64,000 bases of DNA, taken from positions 32,001 through 96,000 of the IMG/VR virus record IMGVR_UViG_3300009790_000004. One strand, 5' to 3'. The notes below the pieces were generated by a model, which worked only from the letters and a program-made list of their open reading frames with translations, made no database searches and was not told the origin of the DNA. Below are positions 45,323-59,200 of this stretch, one piece after another (the stretch's first letter is position 1; the number at the start of each line of letters is the position of its first letter). This DNA comes from a virus. The translations under genes were made by a program, and so were the position numbers.

Positions 45323-47242
45323 ATGCCATTCACCAAATTTACTAATTTAAATTTTAATGAAATCAAGGAATCTGTTAAAGATTACCTAAGAGCTAACTCT
45401 GATTTCAAAGATTATGACTTTGAAGGGTCGAATATGTCGATTATTGTCGATATATTAGCGTATAATTCGTATATAACGGCGTTTAATACCAATATGGTTG
45501 CTAATGAGTCCTTTCTGGATTCAGCGACACTCCGAGAGAATGTAGTTTCTTTAGCAAGGAATATAGGATATGTACCCAGATCACGAAAATGTGCTCAAGC
45601 AGTAGTTAATTTTGATTATAAATTCACTGGAAATAGTAATACGGTCACTTTAAAGCAAGGTTTAGCGTTAGTTGGTGCTGTAAATAATACAAGTTATGTT
45701 TTTTCTGTCCCAGAAGATGTAACTGTTAATAGTCCTTTAGATGCTGGAGGCATAAGTGGAAATAATTCACCTAGAACAGCATCATTTTCTGGTTTAAATG
45801 TCTATCAAGGTACACTTTTAACTAAAAAGTTTACTGTAAATGGTAGTTCTGACCAAAGATTCGTTCTTGAGAACTCATTTGTCGATTTAGACACTCTCAG
45901 AGTTACTGTTAAGAAGTCTGGATCCTCTGCAGGACTAGCATTTTCAAGAATTGATAATATTATTGATGTAACTTCTGTATCAAATGTGTATTTGGTACAA
46001 GAAGTCAAGAATGAGACCTATGAATTGCTCTTTGGAGATGGTCTTTTTGGTAAAAAACTCGAACTTGGCGATGAAATTAGTATATCTTACATAGTAACAG
46101 ATGGAAAAGAGGGAAATGAAGGAAAATTCTTCAGTTTTTCGGGAAATATTGTAGATGATGCTGGAAATTCTCTTTCATCGACCAGTCTTGTTCAAATAAC
46201 TGCTACTCAAACCGCTAGGAATGGGTCGGATATTGAACAAATTGACTCTATTCGGTATTTTGCCCCTAGAATGTACTCCGCACAGAACAGGGCGGTTACA
46301 CCTAGGGATTATGAGGCTATTATACAGTCTGTTTATCCAAATACGGAGTCCGTTTCCGTAGTTGGTGGTGAGGAATTGGATCCACCTGAATTTGGAACGG
46401 TTGTTTTAAGCATAAAACCTAAAAATGGTACATTTCTATCTGACTTTACCAAGCAGAACATCCTAAATGATCTTAAACAGTATGCAATTGCAGGTATTAA
46501 CCAAAGAATTGAAGATTTAAAGATTCTATATGTAGAATTAGACAGTTATGTCTATTACAATAACAGTATTATTGATGATAAAGACCAACTTAAGGCAGAA
46601 GTTACTACTTCTCTTACAGAGTATGGAAAATCTGCTAATTTGAATGCATTTGGGGGTAGATTTAAGTATTCTGAGAGTCAAAGAATCGTTGATGAGACAG
46701 ATCCTGCAATTACTTCCAATATTACACGAGTTACTATTCGCAGAGACCTAAAAGCACTCTTAAATCAGTCGGCTCAGTATGAATTATGCTTTGGTAACCA
46801 ATTTAACATCAAAACTGGTGGTGGAACCATTAAATCTACTGGATTTAGCATTACAGATATTGATGGTGAGGTATATTTAACAGATATACCGAGAGGGGAT
46901 GGTCGATATGGTGATATTGCCATATTTAAACCTGCTGCTTCTGCTGAAGATGATGCAGTTGTTGTTGTTAAGTCTGCAGGTACTGTAGATTATACAAAAG
47001 GTGAAGTTTTGCTCAATACTGTTAATATATCATCAACAGTTAAGACAAATGATGTAGTTGAAATACAAGCATACCCCGAATCTAATGATATTATCGGATT
47101 AAAGGACATTTACCTAAGTTTAGACATGTCAAATACTACGATAAATATCGTCAGAGACACTATATCTTCTGGTCAGCAAATCTCTGGCATAGGATATAAA
47201 GTCACCTCTAGTTACTCTAACGGATCGCTAATTAGACAGTAG
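45323..47242 (+). CDS. gp6: Baseplate wedge subunit gp6
   Basis: LNFNEIKESVKDYL, DYDFEGSN, ESFLDSATLRENVVSLARNIGYVPRS, QNRAVTPRDYE. Confidence 0.92.
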   Translation: MPFTKFTNLNFNEIKESVKDYLRANSDFKDYDFEGSNMSIIVDILAYNSYITAFNTNMVANESFLDSATLRENVVSLARNIGYVPRSRKCAQAVVNFDYKFTGNSNTVTLKQGLALVGAVNNTSYVFSVPEDVTVNSPLDAGGISGNNSPRTASFSGLNVYQGTLLTKKFTVNGSSDQRFVLENSFVDLDTLRVTVKKSGSSAGLAFSRIDNIIDVTSVSNVYLVQEVKNETYELLFGDGLFGKKLELGDEISISYIVTDGKEGNEGKFFSFSGNIVDDAGNSLSSTSLVQITATQTARNGSDIEQIDSIRYFAPRMYSAQNRAVTPRDYEAIIQSVYPNTESVSVVGGEELDPPEFGTVVLSIKPKNGTFLSDFTKQNILNDLKQYAIAGINQRIEDLKILYVELDSYVYYNNSIIDDKDQLKAEVTTSLTEYGKSANLNAFGGRFKYSESQRIVDETDPAITSNITRVTIRRDLKALLNQSAQYELCFGNQFNIKTGGGTIKSTGFSITDIDGEVYLTDIPRGDGRYGDIAIFKPAASAEDDAVVVVKSAGTVDYTKGEVLLNTVNISSTVKTNDVVEIQAYPESNDIIGLKDIYLSLDMSNTTINIVRDTISSGQQISGIGYKVTSSYSNGSLIRQ

Positions 47243-47243
47243 A

Positions 47244-50200
47244 ATGATCGAAACATATTCTCCCTTAAGTCCTAGGGTAAAAACTTATCAGGTCGTTAGC
47301 GAACTAATACCTGAATTTGCCAAATCAGAGAATCCTCTGTTTTCCAAATTCTTAGAGCAGTATTATATTTCTCAAGACTTCCAAGGTGGACCTGCAGATA
47401 TTGCGGAGAATATTGATGCGTATATTAAGGTAGATAATTTAACTACTGATGTAATAAGAGGTACAACTACTCTTGTTGGTACTATTTCATCAACAGATAC
47501 TACTATAACTGTTGATAGTACTGATGGATATCCACAAAAACACGGTCTTTTTAAGATTGATGATGAAATTTGCGGATATACTGGTTTAACCACTAATAGT
47601 TTTACTGGTGTTTGGCGTGGTTTTAGTGGAATTTCCACATTTACCAAACAAAATGATCCTTCTGCCCTAGTATGGGAACAAACTGTTGCAGGAGTTCATA
47701 CAACTGGTGCAAATGTAGTTAATTTAAGTTCTTTATTCTTAAAAGAATTTTATAAGAACTTGAAAGCGATGTATACTCCAGGATTAGAAGGAGTAACGCT
47801 TTCACCCCAATTAGATGTTAATAATTTCATAAAAGAAGCAAGAAGTCTATATGAAGCAAAAGGAACTCGTGCATCCTTTAAGATTCTCTTTAAAGCACTG
47901 TTTGGAGTTGACCCAAAGATCAACGATCTTGAGAAATACCTAATTAAACCATCTTTTGCCAATTATTTGCGTAGAAGAACGGTTTCTGTGCAATTAATAT
48001 CGGGTGATCCCTCGAAATTAGTTGGTCAGACACTTTTTCAGGATAACGATCCAACAAACCCTCAATTTAACGAAGCTTCTGGTCCTATTTCTGAAGTATC
48101 CAATATTAGAGAAGATTATTATAAACTTTCGCTATTTACAGGATTTGAAGAACGAGGTTTGACTGATGGTACTTTCATAGTACCTGGACGAAGTAATAAT
48201 GTTGGAAAAATTGGAATTGGTGCGTCTGTTATCACTGTAGACTCTACAATTGGTTTTTCTAGCATTGGTAATATTAAAGTTGGTGAAATTGGAACATCAT
48301 TTTACCAAACATTCACTTATGGATCCAAAAGTATCAATCAATTCTTTGATGTTACTCCTTCAGTAAGTATTGAAATTCCAAGTAACAGTACAGTATCTAC
48401 TTTTAATGTTGTTCATGGTTTTGAGGACGGAGATTCTAGCAAAAAGGTAGAAATGCGTCTAACTGGCGTACTTTCTGATTTTATCACTAGTAGATCTCTC
48501 CGTAACCTTAAATCTACTTCAGATATTAAGGTTAAGAACTTAGGAAGGTATATTTCCAACCCTAACATCAATAAGACTTATGATGAGGTCTTTTTCAATA
48601 GTTGGATCTACAATACATCCTCTAGATATCAAATATCAAATTGGGGTGGATCTAATTTCACTCTTGTTGGTAATATTGAGAAAAGTAGTCTTAAAACTGG
48701 TGATAGAATTGAAATTTTGCGTAGAAATAGTGAAGTTGTTGTTGCACCTTCGCTAATTGTTGCATCAATCAACGCAAGTGCTAAATCTATTAGTTTAGAT
48801 GGTACTATTCCTACTCTTGATATAAGTTTAGATTATGATATCCGAAGACTGCAAGATAAAGTAAAATCATCAATTGTACCAGTTAAAGGTGGACAAGATC
48901 AGTTATTAACTGATATTAATAACGCATATATTGTTGATGAGTCTAAATCTGAATCAGGAAAGAGGGAAGCGTATGTTGCTTCTAGTTCTCTTCCCAGTTA
49001 TACTATTAAAGCAGATAGAATACATGCAGTTTTAAATAATCCTTCTCTTGGTGGGGGAAACTGGGATGGATATAATAGCGTAGAGAACAAATATAGTATT
49101 ATTTCTTTTGCAACTGATGTTCCATTTGAAACTGGAGATGAAGTAATATATGCTCCAGATCCAGGAACTGAGGTTATTGGTGGATTATCTTCACCAAGTT
49201 ATTTTGTAGAAGTTCTAGGTAGTCCTAATCAGATTAAATTATACGCATCTCGCTCATTTATTAAAGCAAATCTACCAACTTACTTCACTGCTCCATCTAC
49301 AACTGTAGGTAGACACGATTTTATTCTTGCAACTCAAGGAACTAGAAATATCTTCCCTGCAAGACCAATAAAGAGGTTTATTCTAGAGCAACAACTTAAG
49401 AGTGGTAAAGAAGGTCAAACTACCTCTGAAGTTACCGTAGATGGCAATACTGCAATGCTTATTAATGGTATTGAGGTATTAAACTATAAAGGTGCTGATC
49501 AGATATTCTATGGACCTGTAGATAACTTAAATGTTATCAATAGTGGTATATTATATGATGTTCAAGCAGCTCCAAACATTACTATTACTGATGCTGCGGT
49601 AAGTGTTGCAAATACTGCTGGAGCAGTTCCAGTTTTAAGTGGAATTGTATCGAGTATTGTTATCGATCCATCTGATTATGACCTTGATAAAGTCATTAGT
49701 GTTGAGATATATGGTGGTAATGGAAGTGGTGCTGTAGGTAGAGCACTAATTGAAGAACGATTTAGACAAGTATATTTTAATGGTATTAGTACTAATCTCG
49801 GTGGAGATGTTAGTGCAACTTACAATACATTCAATTTAGATAAAGATCATAATTTCTTAACTGGAGATAGGATAGTATACAATAATAATGGTGGATCTAA
49901 TATTGGTATTGCTACAACTGGATCTTCTTCTGATTCATTAACATTATTCAGTGGTCAGGATTATTATATAAATGTTTGGAATTCTAAGGTCTTTTCTCTT
50001 CATAATAGGAAGAGTGATGCAGTTATTGGTATTAATACAATATTAATTGATGAAAATGCTGCTCAATCTAATGCAGGTCTTCATATTTTCCGTACTTTTG
50101 ATAAAAACCGCACAATTAGTAGAGTTGCTGTAGAAGAAGTCGGATCAAATTACTCAAATAGAAATTTATTTGTTAAATCTGTCGGAATTAATACTTTTAA

Positions 50201-53200
50201 TGATTCTATTGAATTTATTAATCATGGATTGACCGATGGAGATGTATTGGAGTATGATAATAATGTAAATCCGATCATAACAGGTCTTAGTACAACAAAA
50301 CAGTATCAAGTACTAAAGATAGACAAAGATAAGTTCAGACTTGCGGAAGCAGGAAATAAAGGTGATCGTGAACCGACTGAAACCAATTATATCAATCGTC
50401 AAAATATATTTTTAGATTCTACTGGTATTGGTACAGGATATCATCATTTCAAATATCCACCAATCGTATGTAAGGTTAAAGTATTAACTAAAGATCAGCA
50501 AGAACGAGAACTTACTGCAACTCCAGTTGTTAGGGGTAACATTAAAGAGATTTTAATGTATGAGCAGGGTGCAAACTACGGATCTACAATTTTAAACTTC
50601 CCAAATCCACCAATTATCAATATTCCTTTTGGTAGATTGGGGCAAATTGGTCTTATTATCTCAAATGGAACAATTACTGATGCTTATGTTGCTAATGGAG
50701 GAAGTGGTTATGTAGGACCACCTGATCTTAATGTAGTTAGTGCAGCAACAACATCGACTGGTGCAATTTTAAGATCTATTGTTAATGATGCTGGAAAGAT
50801 TACGGATGTGAAGGTCATATCTGGTGGTGTTGGATACGCAGATACTAATACTAGTGTTAATGTCGTACCTGTTGGTTCTGAGTTTAGGGCAGAAGCGTCT
50901 GTAAGAGCTCTTACTGTTAATAAGGCGTATCGCTTAGATCAGTCCGAAATGGACTATCTACAACCCATTGGGGATGGTTTAGCGGTTAATGTTGTTGGAT
51001 ATGGTAATTCTGTTAGGTCATTCTTTGGAGATGATGGATCTGGACATTCTCCTATAATTGGATGGGCATATGACGGAAATCCCGTATATGGACCTTATGG
51101 ATTAGTTGATACCAACAATATTCAGTCTAATGTCAAGAAAATGGAGTCCAGCTATGAAATTTCAGCTGCAAGTATTGAAAATAGACCTCCATCATCACAA
51201 TTCCCTTATGGATACTTTATAGATGATTATGTTTACACTGGAAATGGTGATTTAGATGAGCATAATGGTAGATACACTAAAACTCCTGATTTTCCTCAAG
51301 GAGTGTATGGTTATTTCGCTACTGTAGATCTTTTAAATGATCCTCAGTTCCCATTCTTCATTGGTAACACTTATAGATCTCAAGCTATTGAAGAAAATAC
51401 TGTTAAGGGTCAATTAATTGATCAAACTAATTTTGATTTTGCTGGATCTTCTCTTGTAAGAAATACGCAACCTTATGGTTTATTTGGTGATGGTGTTTCT
51501 TATGATTATGTTTTCCAACCATATAACACTAATAACCAAGTCTCAAACCCAAGTAATTTACTAGAGGGTTCTATAGAAAGCATTAATATTTTAACTGGTG
51601 GATCTGGTTATAGTATTGGTGATAAATTAATCTTTGATGAAACTGGTACTAATGGTGTTGGTGTAGATGCGGAAGTTCAGCAGCTTTATGGAGAACCAAT
51701 TGATAATATCACTAGTTCTGTAACTACATTATCAGATCTTCCTATCAAACATACGAGACAGGGTGTTGTTTTTAAATCATCTCCGTATCATGAATTTACT
51801 GGGTCAGATACAGTAAGAATTACTGGTATTTCCACTTACATCAAGGGATTGGATGGATTCCATAAAATTGCTGTTGCATCTTATGGATCATCATTAAGAG
51901 ACAATGGATATACTGGTATTATTACAGATCTAAAGGTTGAATTTGTTCCACCTAATATTGCTGTAGGGGATTCTATTGGTATTGGTACAGAGACTGCTCG
52001 TATTCTTAGTTTCTACCCTAATGAGAAAATTGTTAGAATTGAAAGATATGCTGGATTTACCACTGCTGCAACAGGAGCTGCGGTCACATTCTTTACTAGT
52101 GAATTTACAGTTCCTCTAGAAGTAAATCCTTTTGAATCTAAGTTCCAAAATTTAATATACTTTAACCCCAAAGAAGCAGTTGGTGTAGGAACTACAGTTG
52201 GAATTTCTACTAGTGTAAATGTATCTCTTAATGGAGTTACTAAAGAGAGATCAATTCTTGCACAGTCTATACATTTACCTAATCATGGTTTCTTAGATAA
52301 TGATAAGGTTACTTTTGATAAGCGAGGTAATACTGATCTATTTGTTACTGATTCTATAAGTCCGTATACTGCTCCAAGTGCTTTGAGTGGTGATTATTAT
52401 GTTATTAATAAAACAGCAGATACTATTGGTCTTAAAACTAATACAAGTGGTCCAGATTTATTCTTTACTACAACAGGTGCTGATAAAGCGAATTATTCGT
52501 TTGTTTCAAATTATAGGCAAGAATCTGCTACCGTTAGAAGAAGTCAAGTAACAGTTCAGACAACCAAGAATCATGGATTGGAAGAAAATGATAGATTTAA
52601 TCTAATAGTTAATACTGGATTGACAACTGGTATTGGTACTTCTACAAGAGCTACTGTTAAACTTATTGATGGATATACAATTATCAATCCTCTTGAGATA
52701 CCTACAAGCGGAGTTAATAGCACAACTAGCATAATCACTATACAGGATCATGCTCTAGAGACAGGATTTAAGGTTCTGCTCTATGGTGCTGGTGGAGATT
52801 CGTCTAAACTTCCTGGTGGATTAGAACAGAGACCATATTTCGTCTATAAAATTGATGATGACACATTCCAGTTATGTAACACTGATAAACAGTTAAAAAC
52901 AAATCCACCAGAAATTGTCGGATTTAATTCTACAGGATTTAGTGGACAAACTATTAATCCTATAAATCCACCAGTTTCAGTATTCCGTAATAATAATATT
53001 ATATTTGACCTCAATGATACCAGTCTTTCTGGAGCAAATCTCAAATTCTTCTATGATAAGAATACTTTCAACGAATATGTTGGAACAGGACTTACATCAA
53101 ATCTAGAAGTTGTTGGTTTTGGTACTGTTGGTGTTGGAACCACCAATCCTGCTGATATGGCATATAAGCAGATTAATTATAGCGAAAATCTTAAAAATAC

Positions 53201-56200
53201 TCTGTATTATGCTATAGAAAAGGGTGGATACATCACAACTAGTGAAACTGATGTATTATACGGAAATCAGATAAAATATACAAATAGTGGATATAATGGA
53301 AAGCAATATATTGCTACTGGGGTTGCTGGAACATCATTTACTGCTAATATTGTTGCGGAACCAGAAAAATCTCGATATACGCAATCTGATTGCGAGGATT
53401 TGTATTATACCCATATAGGTGTTGCAGCAACTGGTGGTGTATCAAAAATCAAGATTAATAATGCTGGATTTGGATATAAGAAGCTTCCTGCAGTAACTTC
53501 TATAGGATCTAGTGGTATTAGTGCGGAATTAGAGTTATTTGGGAATAATGTCAACCTATTGGAGGATGTTAGTGTTCCTACAGATGTTTATGGTTATCCT
53601 GCAGATAATACATTAAAACCAGATGCATTCTTGCCTAGGATTCTTCAAATTAAAAATGCAAGTAAGGTTCTCTCTGCAAGTGTAACTTTTGGTGGAAAAT
53701 CATACCTTAATGCACCATCTCTTGCTGTATATGATAAAACAACTGGAGAAATAGTTAATAACGGTCTTCTTACTGCGGAATTAAGTGATTCTGCTGTGAA
53801 TAAGGTTAATGTTGTTGTTGAACCTAGAGGATTAACAGGTAACGATTATGGTATTGCTCCTTTAAGAAATAGTAACGGAATTAGTGTTATTGAAGCATTT
53901 TCTGATGTAGGAATTCTTACATGTAAGATTACTACTCCTATTCTTGGATATGATACAGAACCCTTCACTGCTGGCGATATTGTTTATCTTGAGGGTATAG
54001 AATTTACTGCTGGATCTGGAGATGGATTCAACTCTGGTGATTATAAATTTGTTGACTTTGAAATTGCTGATTATAATAGTGCAACTAATCCAAGAGAAGT
54101 CACATTCGCTTATACTGGATTATCTACTAATCCTGGAATTGGAGCAACTGTTGTTCCTGGATTTGGTCAGATTGTAAAATCTGGTGATCTTGCAAGATTT
54201 AGTGCATTAAAGTCATTCTCTGAATTTAGAATCAATGAACCATTAAGAAGAAACAGTGATTTATATACAGATTTGGTAATGACTGATCTTGATACCAATA
54301 CTGGTATTATGGTTGTTAGTGGATCTCTAAACCTTGAAATTGATGATCAATTAACAGGAACTAATAGTGGTGATGTATGCGAAGTACAGGCTATAACAGA
54401 ATTTGATGGATATTTTGATATTTCATCTACAATTGATACTAATGTAGGTTGGTCTGATAATATTGGACTAATTGGTGATAATAATCAATTCCTACCAGAT
54501 AATGATTATTATCAAAATATGTCTTATGCTATAGAAAGTGAAAAGACATATGCGGATTTAATAACTTATGTTAATGATATAGTACACCCTGCAGGATTTA
54601 AAAACTTTGCAAATACTCAGATTTTAACAAAAGGTGATGCTGGAGAATCATTTGTTCCTGCTGCTGATGCTGGTGGATTGGTTCTTGATTTTGTTAGTGA
54701 TCCACTTAGAATTGACGCTATCTACAATTATGATATTTCTAGAGATGCCAATTCTGCAAATAATCTTTCTAAATTCTTAGAATTGAAGCAGACAAGACTT
54801 GCTGACTTTATTCTATGTAAGACTAATAGAGTTCTTTTGCATGATGATATTAGTCCTCAATTCATTAGTAATGAATCTAATGATTTGAGTGATAGTAGAG
54901 TTATTGCTGCTACTCTTGCTGGTAGATATTTCTCTAGGTATCTTGTACAAACAATACATGATGCACAGGATCCACTTAAAAATCATTATCAGATGAATGA
55001 GTTGATTCTGATCACATCTGGTGGTGATACCTATTTGGTTCAGAAGAGTGCTCTTAACAATACAAACCAAGTTGGTTTAGCTACTGGATACGGAGAATTC
55101 TTTGCTCAGTATAATGTTAATAATGGTCAAACTCAGGTAAGAATCAAACCTTACGAACCATTTGATACCAATTATGATATTAAAGCAATGCAGCAAGGTT
55201 TTGCTGATGCTACTGGTACTGGTCAAACATCATTGGGTAATGCAGAAGTTAGAAGTGTTAATATTAGTGTAGGAACTGCTACAACTACTCAAATTGTTGG
55301 ATTTAATACAGCCAATTTAGCTGGTTCTCATGGGCATATTGCTGTTATTAATAAATCTGAAAACAAAGTTGATTATCATGAGTTGATATTACAGCATGAT
55401 GGCACTGACACATATATGACCGAAGTTGCCTCTTTCAATAATAGGCAAAGTCTTGGAGGAATATCTTCTCCACAATTTATGGGAACATTTACTTCCGAGA
55501 TTGATAGTGGAGTAGTTAAACTCAATTATATTCATAGCGAATCACAGAGTATTGATCTTAGATGTAAGTTTATGTCCTTCAATCCTGTTGGATATGGAAC
55601 TACTTCTGTTAAGCACTTTAATATTCCATTTACTCCAGAAGGATCAGAAAGAAGTGGAAGAATTATTGTAGGATCTTCTGCAACAACAGGAATTGCTACT
55701 ATATGCGGAATCACTTCATTTACCGATTTATCATTTAAATCTACAGTTTCTGTATCTTATGGAAATACTCAAACATTCCATCAGATTTATGTTTTATCTG
55801 ATCCACATAAAGTAGATACATTCTTATCTCAAGGGCCTATTGCTGCTGTTGGAACTACCACGGGTGTTGGTTCATTTGGTGCTGAATTTAGTGGTAAGAA
55901 TGTTAATTTAGAGTTTTATCCAGATCCAGGAGTAACGGGTATTGTTAGTATCTTCTCTTATAGTGAAGTAATTTACAAACAAAATGATCCTAATGGACTT
56001 CTTGTTGGTATTGGTTCATTTGACTACGGACAAGTATTTGAGAATGTAACCCAAAATACTTATCTGGGTATAAACAATAGAAATATTAGAAAATTTGGAT
56101 TAAAGTATCAAAATACTCCAATTTATCAAAGAGCATTTAACCCTGAGAATGCTAATGAGATTGATAAAGGAACGGGACTTATTACATTAAAGCACTTCTT

Positions 56201-59200
56201 CTCTAATACAGAAAAAGTATCATATCTCCCAGATTCTAATATTGTTGGACTTGCTGCTAGTTCTCTAGAGTATAGTACTGGATACGGATCTACTGTACTT
56301 CCATCTACCTGTTATATTGTTAAATCTAATAATAATCAGTTCTATATCTCAACATCAATTACTGATGCTAGAGTAGGAAAGGCGGTTACTTTTGCAAGTG
56401 GAGTTGGTCAAGGTAATCTTCATAAGTTTACGATGGATAAGAGAGACTCTAAATCCATTATTGCTCTTAACGGATTGGTACAAAAACCACTTTCTCACAC
56501 ATCTATTACATATGATTTAGATGTTGCCGTTAATGGTTTTGTTACTTGTTTTGCTTTAAGTGGTTTAAGCACAATTACTTCTGGAGATTTATTAAAAATT
56601 GATGATGAGTATAGTATCGTTCAAACAGTTGGTTTTGGTAGTACCACTACTGGACCTATTACTGGTATTGGAACTTGGAGTCTTGTTGAAGTAGAAAGAG
56701 GAACAGTAGGTAGTTCCGCAACAGTACACTCTGCTGGATCAACTGCAAGGATCTATAGAGGTGCTTTCAATATAGTTGATAGTGACATATATTTCACAAA
56801 TGCTCCTCTTGGTGGTGACTTGGGTATGATTGACCCAGGCAACCTACCTTATCCTAGAGCATCATTTGGTGGAAGAACTTATTTAAGACAAGATTATTCA
56901 ACTAACCAAATATTTGATGACAACTCAGATGGTTTTGATGGTTTAGAAAATATATTCCCACTAACATCTACAGGTGTTGCTGTAACTGGTATTGGTTCAA
57001 CTGGTGGTAATGGAGTTCTGTTTATTAACAGTATGTTCCAAGCACCATTTGGTGAGAACAACGAAGGTGTTGCAAACTTCAAGATTATTGAGCAAAGTCT
57101 TGGTGGTATTGCTAGTGTTAACTATACAGGTATTACTTCGTTTGGATATACAGATTTAATAATTGATGTGGATGATGTCAACCAGAACCAATTGCCTAGA
57201 GGTGGAATTATTGTTTCTGTTGCTTCTACTCCAGGACAAGGATATGCTCCATTTAAGGGTGCTAAGGTTCATGTAACCACTGGTGCAGCTGGTGCTATTA
57301 CTGGTATTACTGGTATATCAACAACAGACGACTTCATAAATGTAGAAAGTGCTATTTACGATACTAGAACTGGATTTGTAACGGTATCTACCGCACAGAA
57401 TCATAGATTGGGTGTTGAAGATTTTGCTAAGTTGGTTGGTTTAGAATTTACATGTAATGGATATCAGCATACTTATATTTCTGATGCTGGTGCAGACTCT
57501 GCTTTAGAAGTAGGTGGTAATTATCCACACCAATGGGTAACAAGTTCATCAAACTCTGTTGAATTTGGTGGAAGTTATGCACATCAATGGGTAAGTGCTA
57601 ATAGTAATGCAGTTAATGTACAGAGTGGTTCTCAATCAGGAACACAGAAGTCACCTAGCAGTGGAACATACGATCCTGCTACTGGAGTATTGTCATTGAC
57701 ATTTGGTGGCAATCATAATATGTCTACAAGTGATACTATTACACTTGATAACAATTCATTATTCTTCAAGTGTGCTAGAGACAATTATGCAACTACTCAT
57801 TCATATCCTCGGTCTGGATCCGATTATATCTCTGGAATAACAACTGCTGTTACAGTAACTTCAACAACTTCATTTACAATTAATGTCGGCACAACACCTT
57901 TACAGTACTTTACTCCTACTGCTGGTGATTATAATGGTGCTACTGGTAATCTTACATTAACTATTGGATCTGCTGGTGTTGCTGCTGCTGTAGCAAATAA
58001 TCTTAAGGTTGGTATTATCACAAGTTCTTTAACCTTTAGATGTGCTAGAGATGGATATGCTACAGATCATGTATATCCTCGTACAACTGACCCAATTAAT
58101 AACACTGTAGTGACCATTGGATCGACTACAGCAACTACAATTACACTTCCCGTTGGAATATCCACTAATGTTCGTTATGGCGTTTATAGTGCTGACTACA
58201 GTGGAGCAACAGGAATTATAAGAATTAGTACAGGAAGTTCTGCTTCTCAGGATGCAAATCAACCATTCGCTGTTGGCGATCTTGTTGGTATCGGAACGAA
58301 TACTCTTAAGTTTACATGTGCTAAGGACAATCACGCAACTATTCATACATATCCACGCTCATCAGATCCTGCACACAATGTAATGTTGTCTGTTGCATCA
58401 ACATCTCAAACTGAATTTACAGTTGATGTTGGTAAATCTGGTCTTGGTTATGGTAACACTATTGGTATAACATCATTTGTTTATGACCATATCAGTGGCA
58501 TTGCAACAGTACTTACTGTAACCCCTCACGGTTTCTCTGATCCAAGTATGGTCGGTATTGCAACTAATGCATTGACATTTACTTGCGAAATGGATGGATA
58601 TAAGTCCAACCATTTATATCCAAGATCATCTGATCCTATAAACAATAAGTTCTTAGAAATACGCAATGTAACTAGAGACGAATTTGATGTTAATGTTGGA
58701 ATATCAACTCAAGTAACATATACACCCACAAATGCTGTATATGATCCTATTGCTGGCATCATGACGATGACTGTTGGATCTCACAACATTATGTCGGGTA
58801 CTAATATTAAGATTGCTCAAGAATCACTTAACTTTAAGTGTGCTATGGATGGTCTTTCTACCACTAAGTCCTATCCTAGAGTAACTGATCCATATTTTGA
58901 TACTGCTATTTCTGTTGCATCAACTACTGCAACAGGCATTGCAATAACTGTAGGAACATCACCTACTGTTAATTACAGCATTACTACTGCAACTTACACT
59001 CCATCTACGGGTATTGTAACTGCTACGATTGGTCAACATGCACTTAAAGATGGAACTTCTATTAAGTTAAAAGACGGATCTTTAATCTTTAGATGTGCAA
59101 CAGATGGTTATGCATCTACTTCAACATATCCTAGAAGCACTATTGACACTCAAACCATTAATGGTGCTACTTATGATGCCAATGTAGGTATCATGACAGT